Shown here one piece after another: positions 34,501-49,500 of a DNA stretch of 64,000 bases. A model generated the notes under the pieces. The model had not been told where the DNA came from and searched no databases. It was given only the letters and a program-made list of their open reading frames with translations. Numbering within the stretch: the stretch's first letter is position 1; each line of letters starts with the position of its first letter. Made by a program: the position numbers and the translations under genes. This stretch comes from Eledone cirrhosa. Its lineage: Eukaryota. Location of the stretch: assembly GCA_964016885.1 (NCBI GenBank), contig OZ024749.1, forward strand, positions 20,212,001 to 20,276,000, written 5' to 3'.

Positions 34501-37500
34501 AGAATGCTGAGGACCAGAGGTGTGTTTTAACTGCTCAGTTAAGGTGACTGAATGCTGAGGACCAGAGGTGTGTTTTAACTCCTCAGTAAAGGTGACAGAC
34601 TGCTGAGGACCAGAGGTGTGTTCTAACTGTTCAGTTAAGGTGACAGAATGCTGAGGACCAGAGGTGTGTTTTAACTCCTCAGTAAAGGTGACAGACTGCT
34701 GAGGACCAGAGGTGTGTTTTAACTCCTCAGTTAAGGTGACAGAATGCTGAGGACCAAAGGTGTGTTTTAACTGGTCAGTTAAGGTGACAGATTGCTGAGG
34801 AACAGAGGTGTGTTTTAACTCCTCAGTTAAGGTGACAGACTACTGAGGACCAGAGGTGTGTTTTAACTCCTCAGTAAAGGTGACAGACTGCTGAGGAACA
34901 GGGGTGTGTTTTAACTGTTCAGTTAAGGTGACAGATTGCTGAGGACCAGAGGTGTGTTTTAACTCCTCAGTTAAGGTGACAGACTGCTGAGGACCAGAGG
35001 TGTGTTTTAACTCCTCAGTTAAGGTGACAGATTGCTGAGGAACAGAGGTGTGTTTTAACTCCTCAGTTAAGGTGACAGACTGCTGAGGAACAGGGGTGTG
35101 TTTCAACTGTTCAGTTAAGGTGACAGATTGCTGAGGACCAGAGGTGTGTTTTAACTCCTCAGTGAAGGTGTCAGACTACTGAGGACCAGAGGTGTGTTTT
35201 AACTGTTCAGTTAAGGTGACAGAATGCTGAGGACCAGAGGTGTGTTTTAACTGTTCAGTTAAGGTGTCAGACTACTGAGGACCAGAGGTGTGTTTTAACT
35301 GTTCAGTTAAGGTGTCAGACTACTGAGGACCAGAGGTGTGTTTTAACTGCTCAGTTAAGGTGACAGATTGCTGAGGACCAGAGGTGTGTTTTAACTCCTC
35401 AGTTAAGGTGACAGACTACTGAGGACCAGAGGTGTGTTTTAACTCCTCAGTTAAGGTGTCAGACTACTGAGGAACAGGGGTCTGTTTTAACTGTTCAGTT
35501 AAGGTGACAGATTGCTGAGGACCAGAGGTGTGTTTTAACTGCTCAGTTAAGGTGTCAGACTACTGAGGACCAGAGGTGTGTTTTAACTGCTCAGTTAAGG
35601 TGTCAGACTACTGAGGACCAGAGGTGTGTTTTAACTGCTCAGTTAAGGTGTCAGACTACTGAGGACCAGAGGTGTGTTTTAACTCCTCAGTTAAGGTGTC
35701 AGACTACTGAGGACCAGAGGTGTGTTTTAACTCCTCAGTGAAGGTGACAGACTACTGAGGAACAGAGGTGTGTTTTAACTGCTCAGTAAAGGTGATAGAC
35801 TGCTGAGGACCAGAGATGTGTTTTAACTGCTCAGTAAAGGTGACAGACTGCTGAGGACCAGAGATGTGTTTCAACTGCTCAGTAAAGGTGACAGACTGCT
35901 GAGGACCAGAGGTGTGTTTTAACTGCTCAGTAAAGGTGACAGACTGCTGAGGACCAGAGGTGTGTTTTAACTGTTCAGTTAAGGTGACAGAATGCTGAGG
36001 ACCAGAGGTGTGTTTTAACTCCTCAGTAAAGGTGACAGACTGCTGAGGACCAGAGATGTGTTTTAACTGCTCAGTAAAGGTGACAGACTGCTGAGGACCA
36101 GAGGTGTGTTTTAACTCCTCAGTTAAGGTGACAGACTACTGAGGACCAGAGGTATGTTTTAACTGCTCAGTAAAGGTGACAGGCTGCTGAGGACCAGAGA
36201 TGTGTTTTAACTGCTCAGTAAAGGTGACAGACTACTGAGGACCAGAGATGTGTTTTAACTGCTCAGTAAAGGTGACAGACTGCTGAGGACCAGAGGTGTG
36301 TTTTAACTCCTCAGTAAAGGTGACAGACTGCTGAGGACCAGAGATGTGTTTTAACTGCTCAGTAAAGGTGACAGACTGCTGAGGACCAGAGGTGTGTTTT
36401 AACTCCTCAGTCAAGGTGACAGATTGCTGAGGACCAGAGGTGTGTTTTAACTCCTCAGTTAAGGTGACAGACTACTGAGGACCAGAGGTGTGTTTTAACT
36501 GCTCAGTAAAGGTGACAGACTGCTGAGGACCAGAGATGTGTTTTAACTGCTCAGTAAAGGTGACAGACTGCTGAGGACCAGAGATGTGTTTTAACTGCTC
36601 AGTAAAGGTGACAGACTGCTGAGGACCAGAGGTGTGTTTTAACTGCTCAGTAAAGGTGACAGACTGCTGAGGACCAGAGGTGTGTTTTAACTGTTCAGTT
36701 AAGGTGACAGAATGCTGAGGACCAGAGGTGTGTTTTAACTCCTCAGTAAAGGTGACAGACTGCTGAGGACCAGAGATGTGTTTTAACTGCTCAATAAAGG
36801 TGACAGACTGCTGAGGACCAGAGGTGTGTTTTAACTCCTCAGTTAAGGTGACAGACTACTGAGGACCAGAGGTGTGTTTTAACTGCTCAGTAAAGGTGAC
36901 AGACTGCTGAGGACCAGAGATGTGTTTTAACTGCTCAGTAAAGGTGACAGACTACTGAGGACCAGAGATGTGTTTTAACTGCTCAGTAAAGGTGACAGAT
37001 TGCTGAGGACCAGAGGTGTGTTTTAACTCCTCAGTAAAGGTGACAGACTGCTGAGGACCAGAGATGTGTTTTAACTGCTCAGTAAATGTGACAGACTGCT
37101 GAGGACCAGAGGTGTGTCTTAACTCCTCAGTTAAGGTGACAGATTGCTGAGGACCAGAGGTGTGTTTTAACTCCTCAGTTAAGGTGACAGACTACTGAGG
37201 ACCAGAGGTGTATTTTAACTGCTCAGTAAAGGTGACAGACTGCTGAGGACCAGAGATGTGTTTTAACTGCTCAGTAAAGGTGACAGACTGCTGAGGACCA
37301 GAGATGTGTTTTAACTGCTCAGTAAAGGAGACAGACTGCTGAGGACCAGAGGTGTGTTTTAACTCCTCAGTTAAGGTGACAGACTGCTGAGGACCAGAGG
37401 TGTGTTTTAACTGTTCAGTTAAGGTGACAGTATGCTGAGGACCAGAGGTGTGTTTTAACTCCTCAGAAAAGGTGACAGACTGCTGAGGACCAGAGGTGTG

Positions 37501-40500
37501 TTTTAACTCCTCAGTAAAGGTGACAGACTGCTGAGGACCAGAGGTGTGTTTTAACTGTTCAGTTAAGGTGACAGAATGCTGAGGACCAGAGGTGTGTTTT
37601 AACTCCTCAGTAAAGGTGACAGACTGCTGAGGACCAGAGGTGTGTTTTAACTGTTCAGTTAAGGTGACAGAATGCTGAGGACCAGAGGTGTGTTTTAACT
37701 CCTCAGTAAAGGTGACAGACTGCTGAGGACCAGAGGTGTGTTTTAACTGTTCAGTTAAGGTGACAGAATGCTGAGGACCAGAGGTGTGTTTTAACTCCTC
37801 AGTAAAGGTGACAGACTGCTGAGGAACAGAGGTGTGTTTTAACTCCTCAGTGAAGGTGACAGACTGCTGAGGACCAGAGGTGTGTTTTAACTGTTCAGTT
37901 AAGGTGACAGAATTCTGAGGACCAGAGGTGTGTTTTAACTCCTCAGTAAAGGTGACAGACTGCTGAGGACCAGAGGTGTGTTTTAACTGTTCAGTTAAGG
38001 TGACAGAATGCTGAGGACCAGAGGTGTGTTTTAACTCCTCAGTAAAGGTGACAGACTGCTGAGGACCAGAGGTGTGTTTTAACTCCTCAGTAAAGGTGAC
38101 AGACTGCTGAGGACCAGAGGTGTGTTTTAACTGTTCAGTTAAGGTGACAGAATGCTGAGGACCAGAGGTGTGTTTTAACTCCTCAGTGAAGGTGACAGAA
38201 TGCTGAGGACCAGAGGTGTGTTTTAACTGCTCAGTTAAGGTGACTGAATGCTGAGGACCAGAGGTGTGTTTTAACTGTTCAGTTAAGGTGACAGAATGCT
38301 GAGGACCAGAGGTGTGTTTTAACTCCTCAGTGAAGGTGACAGAATGCTGAGGACCAGAGGTGTGTTTTAACTGCTCAGTTAAGGTGACTGAATGCTGAGG
38401 ACCAGAGGTGTGTTTTAACTCCTCAGTAAAGGTGACAGACTGCTGAGGACCAGAGGTGTGTTCTAACTGTTCAGTTAAGGTGACAGAATGCTGAGGACCA
38501 GAGGTGTGTTTTAACTCCTCAGTAAAGGTGACAGACTGCTGAGGACCAGAGGTGTGTTTTAATTCCTCAGTTAAGGTGACAGAATGCTGAGGACCAAAGG
38601 TGTGTTTTAACTGGTCAGTTAAGGTGACAGATTGCTGAGGAACAGAGGTGTGTTTTAACTCCTCAGTTAAGGTGACAGACTACTGAGGACCAGAGGTGTG
38701 TTTTAACTCCTCAGTAAAGGTGACAGACTGCTGAGGAACAGGGGTGTGTTTTAACTGTTCAGTTAAGGTGACAGATTGCTGAGGACCAGAGGTGTGTTTT
38801 AACTCCTCAGTTAAGGTGACAGACTGCTGAGGACCAGAGGTGTGTTTTAACTCCTCAGTTAAGGTGACAGATTGCTGAGGAACAGAGGTGTGTTTTAACT
38901 CCTCAGTTAAGGTGACAGACTGCTGAGGAACAGGGGTGTGTTTCAACTGTTCAGTTAAGGTGACAGATTGCTGAGGACCAGAGGTGTGTTTTAACTCCTC
39001 AGTGAAGGTGTCAGACTACTGAGGACCAGAGGTGTGTTTTAACTGTTCAGTTAAGGTGACAGAATGCTGAGGAACAGAGGTGTGTTTTAACTGTTCAGTT
39101 AAGGTGTCAGACTACTGAGGACCAGAGGTGTGTTTTAACTGTTCAGTTAAGGTGTCAGACTACTGAGGACCAGAGGTGTGTTTTAACTGCTCAGTTAAGG
39201 TGACAGATTGCTGAGGACCAGAGGTGTGTTTTAACTCCTCAGTTAAGGTGACAGACTACTGAGGACCAGAGGTGTGTTTTAACTCCTCAGTTAAGGTGTC
39301 AGACTACTGAGGAACAGGGGTCTGTTTTAACTGTTCAGTTAAGGTGACAGATTGCTGAGGACCAGAGGTGTGTTTTAACTGCTCAGTTAAGGTGTCAGAC
39401 TACTGAGGACCAGAGGTGTGTTTTAACTGCTCAGTTAAGGTGTCAGACTACTGAGGACCAGAGGTGTGTTTTAACTCCTCAGTGAAGGTGACAGACTACT
39501 GAGGAACAGAGGTGTGTTTTAACTGCTCAGTAAAGGTGATAGACTGCTGAGGACCAGAGATGTGTTTTAACTGCTCAGTAAAGGTGACAGACTGCTGAGG
39601 ACCAGAGATGTGTTTCAACTGCTCAGTAAAGGTGACAGACTGCTGAGGACCAGAGGTGTGTTTTAACTGCTCAGTAAAGGTGACAGACTGCTGAGGACCA
39701 GAGGTGTGTTTTAACTGTTCAGTTAAGGTGACAGAATGCTGAGGACCAGAGGTGTGTTTTAACTCCTCAGTAAAGGTGACAGACTGCTGAGGACCAGAGA
39801 TGTGTTTTAACTGCTCAGTAAAGGTGACAGACTGCTGAGGACCAGAGGTGTGTTTTAACTCCTCAGTTAAGGTGACAGACTACTGAGGACCAGCGGTGTG
39901 TTTTAACTGCTCAGTAAAGGTGACAGACTGCTGAGGACCAGAGATGTGTTTTAACTGCTCAGTAAAGGTGACAGACTACTGAGGACGAGAGATGTGTTTT
40001 AACTGCTCAGTAAAGGTGACAGACTGCTGAGGACCAGAGGTGTGTTTTAACTCCTCAGTAAAGGTGACAGACTGCTGAGGACCAGAGATGTGTTTTAACT
40101 GCTCAGTAAAGGTGACAGACTGCTGAGGACCAGAGGTGTGTTTTAACTCCTCAGTTAAGGTGACAGATTGCTGAGGACCAGAGGTGTGTTTTAACTCCTC
40201 AGTTAAGGTGACAGACTACTGAGGACCAGAGGTGTGTTTTAACTGCTCAGTAAAGGTGACAGACTGCTGAGGACCAGAGATGTGTTTTAACTGCTCAGTA
40301 AAGGTGACAGACTGCTGAGGACCAGAGATGTGTTTTAACTGCTCAGTAAAGGTGACAGACTGCTGAGGACCAGAGGTGTGTTTTAACTGCTCAGTAAAGG
40401 TGACAGACTGCTGAGGACCAGAGGTGTGTTTTAACTGTTCAGTTAAGGTGACAGAATGCTGAGGACCAGAGGTGTGTTTTAACTCCTCAGTAAAGGTGAC

Positions 40501-43500
40501 AGACTGCTGAGGACCAGAGATGTGTTTTAACTGCTCAATAAAGGTGACAGACTGCTGAGGACCAGAGGTGTGTTTTAACTCCTCAGTTAAGGTGACAGAC
40601 TACTGAGGACCAGAGGTGTGTTTTAACTGCTCAGTAAAGGTGACAGACTGCTGAGGACCAGAGATGTGTTTTAACTGCTCAGTAAATGTGACAGACTACT
40701 GAGGACCAGAGATGTGTTTTAACTGCTCAGTAAAGGTGACAGACTGCTGAGGACCAGAGGTGTGTTTTAACTCCTCAGTAAAGGTGACAGACTGCTGAGG
40801 ACCAGAGATGTGTTTTAACTGCTCAGTAAATGTGACAGACTGCTGAGGACCAGAGGTGTGTTTTAACTCCTCAGTTAAGGTGACAGATTGCTGAGGACCA
40901 GAGGTGTGTTTTAACTGTTCAGTTAAGGTGTCAGACTACTGAGGACCAGAGGTGTGTTTTAACTGTTCAGTTAAGGTGTCAGACTACTGAGGACCAGAGG
41001 TGTGTTTTAACTGCTCAGTTAAGGTGACAGATTGCTGAGGACCAGAGGTGTGTTTTAACTCCTCAGTTAAGGTGACAGACTACTGAGGACCAGAGGTGTG
41101 TTTTAACTCCTCAGTTAATGTGTCAGACTACTGAGGAACAGGGGTCTGTTTTAACTGTTCAGTTAAGGTGACAGATTGCTGAGGACCAGAGGTGTGTTTT
41201 AACTGCTCAGTTAAGGTGTCAGACTACTGAGGACCAGAGGTGTGTTTTAACTGCTCAGTTAAGGTGTCAGACTACTGAGGACCAGAGGTGTGTTTTAACT
41301 GCTCAGTTAAGGTGTCAGACTACTGAGGACCAGAGGTGTGTTTTAACTCCTCAGTTAAGGTGTCAGACTACTGAGGACCAGAGGTGTGTTTTAACTCCTC
41401 AGTGAAGGTGACAGACTACTGAGGAACAGAGGTGTGTTTTAACTGCTCAGTAAAGGTGATAGACTGCTGAGGACCAGAGATGTGTTTTAACTGCTCAGTA
41501 AAGGTGACAGACTGCTGAGGACCAGAGATGTGTTTCAACTGCTCAGTAAAGGTGACAGACTGCTGAGGACCAGAGGTGTGTTTTAAATGCTCAGTAAAGG
41601 TGACAGACTGCTGAGGACCAGAGGTGTGTTTTAACTGTTCAGTTAAGGTGACAGAATGCTGAGGACCAGAGGTGTGTTTTAACTCCTCAGTAAAGGTGAC
41701 AGACTGCTGAGGACCAGAGATGTGTTTTAACTGCTCAGTAAAGGTGACAGACTGCTGAGGACCAGAGGTGTGTTTTAACTCCTCAGTTAAGGTGACAGAC
41801 TACTGAGGACCAGAGGTATGTTTTAACTGCTCAGTAAAGGTGACAGGCTGCTGAGGACCAGAGATGTGTTTTAACTGCTCAGTAAAGGTGACAGACTACT
41901 GAGGACCAGAGATGTGTTTTAACTGCTCAGTAAAGGTGACAGACTGCTGAGGACCAGAGGTGTGTTTTAACTCCTCAGTAAAGGTGACAGACTGCTGAGG
42001 ACCAGAGATGTGTTTTAACTGCTCAGTAAAGGTGACAGACTGCTGAGGACCAGAGGTGTGTTTTAACTCCTCAGTTAAGGTGACAGATTGCTGAGGACCA
42101 GAGGTGTGTTTTAACTCCTCAGTTAAGGTGACAGACTACTGAGGACCAGAGGTGTGTTTTAACTGCTCAGTAAAGGTGACAGACTGCTGAGGACCAGAGA
42201 TGTGTTTTAACTGCTCAGTAAAGGTGACAGACTGCTGAGGACCAGAGATGTGTTTTAACTGCTCAGTAAAGGTGACAGACTGCTGAGGACCAGAGGTGTG
42301 TTTTAACTGCTCAGTAAAGGTGACAGACTGCTGAGGACCAGAGGTGTGTTTTAACTGTTCAGTTAAGGTGACAGAATGCTGAGGACCAGAGGTGTGTTTT
42401 AACTCCTCAGTAAAGGTGACAGACTGCTGAGGACCAGAGATGTGTTTTAACTGCTCAATAAAGGTGACAGACTGCTGAGGACCAGAGGTGTGTTTTAACT
42501 CCTCAGTTAAGGTGACAGACTACTGAGGACCAGAGGTGTGTTTTAACTGCTCAGTAAAGGTGACAGACTGCTGAGGACCAGAGATGTGTTTTAACTGCTC
42601 AGTAAAGGTGACAGACTACTGAGGACCAGAGATGTGTTTTAACTGCTCAGTAAAGGTGACAGATTGCTGAGGACCAGAGGTGTGTTTTAACTCCTCAGTA
42701 AAGGTGACAGACTGCTGAGGACCAGAGATGTGTTTTAACTGCTCAGTAAATGTGACAGACTGCTGAGGACCAGAGGTGTGTCTTAACTCCTCAGTTAAGG
42801 TGACAGATTGCTGAGGACCAGAGGTGTGTTTTAACTCCTCAGTTAAGGTGACAGACTACTGAGGACCAGAGGTGTATTTTAACTGCTCAGTAAAGGTGAC
42901 AGACTGCTGAGGACCAGAGATGTGTTTTAACTGCTCAGTAAAGGTGACAGACTGCTGAGGACCAGAGATGTGTTTTAACTGCTCAGTAAAGGAGACAGAC
43001 TGCTGAGGACCAGAGGTGTGTTTTAACTCCTCAGTTAAGGTGACAGACTGCTGAGGACCAGAGGTGTGTTTTAACTGTTCAGTTAAGGTGACAGTATGCT
43101 GAGGACCAGAGGTGTGTTTTAACTCCTCAGAAAAGGTGACAGACTGCTGAGGACCAGAGGTGTGTTTTAACTCCTCAGTAAAGGTGACAGACTGCTGAGG
43201 ACCAGAGGTGTGTTTTAACTGTTCAGTTAAGGTGACAGAATGCTGAGGACCAGAGGTGTGTTTTAACTCCTCAGTAAAGGTGACAGACTGCTGAGGACCA
43301 GAGGTGTGTTTTAACTGTTCAGTTAAGGTGACAGAATGCTGAGGACCAGAGGTGTGTTTTAACTCCTCAGTAAAGGTGACAGACTGCTGAGGACCAGAGG
43401 TGTGTTTTAACTGTTCAGTTAAGGTGACAGAATGCTGAGGACCAGAGGTGTGTTTTAACTCCTCAGTAAAGGTGACAGACTGCTGAGGAACAGAGGTGTG

Positions 43501-46500
43501 TTTTAACTCCTCAGTGAAGGTGACAGACTGCTGAGGACCAGAGGTGTGTTTTAACTGTTCAGTTAAGGTGACAGAATTCTGAGGACCAGAGGTGTGTTTT
43601 AACTCCTCAGTAAAGGTGACAGACTGCTGAGGACCAGAGGTGTGTTTTAACTGTTCAGTTAAGGTGACAGAATGCTGAGGACCAGAGGTGTGTTTTAACT
43701 CCTCAGTAAAGGTGACAGACTGCTGAGGACCAGAGGTGTGTTTTAACTCCTCAGTAAAGGTGACAGACTGCTGAGGACCAGAGGTGTGTTTTAACTGTTC
43801 AGTTAAGGTGACAGAATGCTGAGGACCAGAGGTGTGTTTTAACTCCTCAGTGAAGGTGACAGAATGCTGAGGACCAGAGGTGTGTTTTAACTGCTCAGTT
43901 AAGGTGACTGAATGCTGAGGACCAGAGGTGTGTTTTAACTGTTCAGTTAAGGTGACAGAATGCTGAGGACCAGAGGTGTGTTTTAACTCCTCAGTGAAGG
44001 TGACAGAATGCTGAGGACCAGAGGTGTGTTTTAACTGCTCAGTTAAGGTGACTGAATGCTGAGGACCAGAGGTGTGTTTTAACTCCTCAGTAAAGGTGAC
44101 AGACTGCTGAGGACCAGAGGTGTGTTCTAACTGTTCAGTTAAGGTGACAGAATGCTGAGGACCAGAGGTGTGTTTTAACTCCTCAGTAAAGGTGACAGAC
44201 TGCTGAGGACCAGAGGTGTGTTTTAATTCCTCAGTTAAGGTGACAGAATGCTGAGGACCAAAGGTGTGTTTTAACTGGTCAGTTAAGGTGACAGATTGCT
44301 GAGGAACAGAGGTGTGTTTTAACTCCTCAGTTAAGGTGACAGACTACTGAGGACCAGAGGTGTGTTTTAACTCCTCAGTAAAGGTGACAGACTGCTGAGG
44401 AACAGGGGTGTGTTTTAACTGTTCAGTTAAGGTGACAGATTGCTGAGGACCAGAGGTGTGTTTTAACTCCTCAGTTAAGGTGACAGACTGCTGAGGACCA
44501 GAGGTGTGTTTTAACTCCTCAGTTAAGGTGACAGATTGCTGAGGAACAGAGGTGTGTTTTAACTCCTCAGTTAAGGTGACAGACTGCTGAGGAACAGGGG
44601 TGTGTTTCAACTGTTCAGTTAAGGTGACAGATTGCTGAGGACCAGAGGTGTGTTTTAACTCCTCAGTGAAGGTGTCAGACTACTGAGGACCAGAGGTGTG
44701 TTTTAACTGTTCAGTTAAGGTGACAGAATGCTGAGGAACAGAGGTGTGTTTTAACTGTTCAGTTAAGGTGTCAGACTACTGAGGACCAGAGGTGTGTTTT
44801 AACTGTTCAGTTAAGGTGTCAGACTACTGAGGACCAGAGGTGTGTTTTAACTGCTCAGTTAAGGTGACAGATTGCTGAGGACCAGAGGTGTGTTTTAACT
44901 CCTCAGTTAAGGTGACAGACTACTGAGGACCAGAGGTGTGTTTTAACTCCTCAGTTAAGGTGTCAGACTACTGAGGAACAGGGGTCTGTTTTAACTGTTC
45001 AGTTAAGGTGACAGATTGCTGAGGACCAGAGGTGTGTTTTAACTGCTCAGTTAAGGTGTCAGACTACTGAGGACCAGAGGTGTGTTTTAACTGCTCAGTT
45101 AAGGTGTCAGACTACTGAGGACCAGAGGTGTGTTTTAACTGCTCAGTTAAGGTGTCAGACTACTGAGGACCAGAGGTGTGTTTTAACTCCTCAGTTAAGG
45201 TGTCAGACTACTGAGGACCAGAGGTGTGTTTTAACTCCTCAGTGAAGGTGACAGACTACTGAGGAACAGAGGTGTGTTTTAACTGCTCAGTAAAGGTGAT
45301 AGACTGCTGAGGACCAGAGATGTGTTTTAACTGCTCAGTAAAGGTGACAGACTGCTGAGGACCAGAGATGTGTTTCAACTGCTCAGTAAAGGTGACAGAC
45401 TGCTGAGGACCAGAGGTGTGTTTTAACTGCTCAGTAAAGGTGACAGACTGCTGAGGACCAGAGGTGTGTTTTAACTGTTCAGTTAAGGTGACAGAATGCT
45501 GAGGACCAGAGGTGTGTTTTAACTCCTCAGTAAAGGTGACAGACTGCTGAGGACCAGAGATGTGTTTTAACTGCTCAGTAAAGGTGACAGACTGCTGAGG
45601 ACCAGAGGTGTGTTTTAACTCCTCAGTTAAGGTGACAGACTACTGAGGACCAGAGGTGTGTTTTAACTGCTCAGTAAAGGTGACAGACTGCTGAGGACCA
45701 GAGATGTGTTTTAACTGCTCAGTAAAGGTGACAGACTACTGAGGACGAGAGATGTGTTTTAACTGCTCAGTAAAGGTGACAGACTGCTGAGGACCAGAGG
45801 TGTGTTTTAACTCCTCAGTAAAGGTGACAGACTGCTGAGGACCAGAGATGTGTTTTAACTGCTCAGTAAAGGTGACAGACTGCTGAGGACCAGAGGTGTG
45901 TTTTAACTCCTCAGTTAAGGTGACACATTGCTGAGGACCAGAGGTGTGTTTTAACTCCTCAGTTAAGGTGACAGACTACTGAGGACCAGAGGTGTGTTTT
46001 AACTGCTCAGTAAAGGTGACAGACTGCTGAGGACCAGAGATGTGTTTTAACTGCTCAGTAAAGGTGACAGACTGCTGAGGACCAGAGATGTGTTTTAACT
46101 GCTCAGTAAAGGTGACAGACTGCTGAGGACCAGAGGTGTGTTTTAACTGCTCAGTAAAGGTGACAGACTGCTGAGGACCAGAGGTGTGTTTTAACTGTTC
46201 AGTTAAGGTGACAGAATGCTGAGGACCAGAGGTGTGTTTTAACTCCTCAGTAAAGGTGACAGACTGCTGAGGACCAGAGATGTGTTTTAACTGCTCAATA
46301 AAGGTGACAGACTGCTGAGGACCAGAGGTGTGTTTTAACTCCTCAGTTAAGGTGACAGACTACTGAGGACCAGAGGTGTGTTTTAACTGCTCAGTAAAGG
46401 TGACAGACTGCTGAGGACCAGAGATGTGTTTTAACTGCTCAGTAAATGTGACAGACTACTGAGGACCAGAGATGTGTTTTAACTGCTCAGTAAAGGTGAC

Positions 46501-49500
46501 AGACTGCTGAGGACCAGAGGTGTGTTTTAACTCCTCAGTAAAGGTGACAGACTGCTGAGGACCAGAGATGTGTTTTAACTGCTCAGTAAATGTGACAGAC
46601 TGCTGAGGACCAGAGGTGTGTTTTAACTCCTCAGTTAAGGTGACAGATTGCTGAGGACCAGAGGTGTGTTTTAACACCTCAGTTAAGGTGACAGACTACT
46701 GAGGACCAGAGGTGTATTTTAACTGCTCAGTAAAGGTGACAGACTGCTGAGGACCAGAGATGTGTTTTAACTGCTCAGTAAAGGTGACAGACTGCTGAGG
46801 ACCAGAGATGTGTTTTAACTGCTCAGTAAAGGAGACAGACTGCTGAGGACCAGAGGTGTGTTTTAACTCCTCAGTTAAGGTGACAGACTGCTGAGGACCA
46901 GAGGTGTGTTTTAACTGTTCAGTTAAGGTGACAGTATGCTGAGGACCAGAGGTGTGTTTTAACTCCTCAGAAAAGGTGACAGACTGCTGAGGACCAGAGG
47001 TGTGTTTTAACTCCTCAGTAAAGGTGACAGACTGCTGAGGACCAGAGGTGTGTTTTAACTGTTCAGTTAAGGTGACAGAATGCTGAGGACCAGAGGTGTG
47101 TTTTAACTCCTCAGTAAAGGTGACAGACTGCTGAGGACCAGAGGTGTGTTTTAACTGCTCAGTAAAGGTGACAGACTGCTGAGGACCAGAGGTGTGTTTT
47201 AACTGTTCAGTTAAGGTGACAGAATGCTGAGGACCAGAGGTGTGTTTTAACTCCTCAGTAAAGGTGACAGACTGCTGAGGACCAGAGATGTGTTTTAACT
47301 GCTCAGTAAAGGTGACAGACTGCTGAGGACCAGAGGTGTGTTTTAACTCCTCAGTTAAGGTGACAGACTACTGAGGACCAGAGGTGTGTTTTAACTGCTC
47401 AGTAAAGGTGACAGACTGCTGAGGACCAGAGATGTGTTTTAACTGCTCAGTAAAGGTGACAGACTACTGAGGACGAGAGATGTGTTTTAACTGCTCAGTA
47501 AAGGTGACAGACTGCTGAGGACCAGAGGTGTGTTTTAACTCCTCAGTAAAGGTGACAGACTGCTGAGGACCAGAGATGTGTTTTAACTGCTCAGTAAAGG
47601 TGACAGACTGCTGAGGACCAGAGGTGTGTTTTAACTCCTCAGTTAAGGTGACAGATTGCTGAGGACCAGAGGTGTGTTTTAACTCCTCAGTTAAGGTGAC
47701 AGACTACTGAGGACCAGAGGTGTGTTTTAACTGCTCAGTAAAGGTGACAGACTACTGAGGACCAGAGGTGTGTTTTAACTGCTCAGTAAAGGTGACAGAC
47801 TGCTGAGGACCAGAGGTGTGTTTTAACTGCTCAGTAAAGGTGACAGACTGCTGAGGACCAGAGGTGTGTTTTAACTGTTCAGTTAAGGTGACAGAATGCT
47901 GAGGACCAGAGGTGTGTTTTAACTCCTCAGTAAAGGTGACAGACTGCTGAGGACCAGAGATGTGTTTTAACTGCTCAATAAAGGTGACAGACTGCTGAGG
48001 ACCAGAGGTGTGTTTTAACTCCTCAGTTAAGGTGACAGACTACTGAGGACCAGAGGTGTGTTTTAACTGCTCAGTAAAGGTGACAGACTGCTGAGGACCA
48101 GAGATGTGTTTTAACTGCTCAGTAAATGTGACAGACTACTGAGGACCAGAGATGTGTTTTAACTGCTCAGTAAAGGTGACAGACTGCTGAGGACCAGAGG
48201 TGTGTTTTAACTCCTCAGTAAAGGTGACAGACTGCTGAGGACCAGAGATGTGTTTTAACTGCTCAGTAAAGGTGACAGACTGCTGAGGACCAGAGGTGTG
48301 TTTTAACTGTTCAGTTAAGGTGACAGATTGCTGAGGACCAGAGGTGTGTTTTAACACCTCAGTTAAGGTGACAGACTACTGAGGACCAGAGGTGTATTTT
48401 AACTGCTCAGTAAAGGTGACAGACTGCTGAGGACCAGAGATGTGTTTTAACTGCTCAGTAAAGGTGACAGACTGCTGAGGACCAGAGATGTGTTTTAACT
48501 GCTCAGTAAAGGAGACAGACTGCTGAGGACCAGAGGTGTGTTTTAACTCCTCAGTTAAGGTGACAGACTGCTGAGGACCAGAGGTGTGTTTTAACTGTTC
48601 AGTTAAGGTGACAGTATGCTGAGGACCAGAGGTGTGTTTTAACTCCTCAGAAAAGGTGACAGACTGCTGAGGACCAGAGGTGTGTTTTAACTCCTCAGTA
48701 AAGGTGACAGACTGCTGAGGACCAGAGGTGTGTTTTAACTGTTCAGTTAAGGTGACAGAATGCTGAGGACCAGAGGTGTGTTTTAACTCCTCAGTAAAGG
48801 TGACAGACTGCTGAGGACCAGAGGTGTGTTTTAACTGTTCAGTTAAGGTGACAGAATGCTGAGGACCAGAGGTGTGTTTTAACTCCTCAGTAAAGGTGAC
48901 AGACTGCTGAGGACCAGAGGTGTGTTTTAACTGTTCAGTTAAGGTGACAGAATGCTGAGGACCAGAGGTGTGTTTTAACTCCTCAGTAAAGGTGACAGAC
49001 TGCTGAGGACCAGAGGTGTGTTTTAACTCCTCAGTAAAGGTGACAGACTGCTGAGGACCAGAGGTGTGTTTTAACTGTTCAGTTAAGGTGACAGAATGCT
49101 GAGGACCAGAGGTGTGTTTTAACTCCTCAGTAAAGGTGACAGACTGCTGAGGACCAGAGGTGTGTTTTAACTGTTCAGTTAAGGTGACAGAATGCTGAGG
49201 ACCAGAGGTGTGTTTTAACTCCTCAGTAAAGGTGACAGACTGCTGAGGACCAGAGGTGTGTTTTAACTCCTCAGTAAAGGTGACAGACTGCTGAGGACCA
49301 GAGGTGTGTTTTAACTGTTCAGTTAAGGTGACAGAATGCTGAGGACCAGAGGTGTGTTTTAACTCCTCAGTGAAGGTGACAGAATGCTGAGGACCAGAGG
49401 TGTATTTTAACTGCTCAGTTAAGGTGACTGAATGCTGAGGACCAGAGGTGTGTTTTAACTGTTCAGTTAAGGTGACAGAATGCTGAGGACCAGAGGTGTG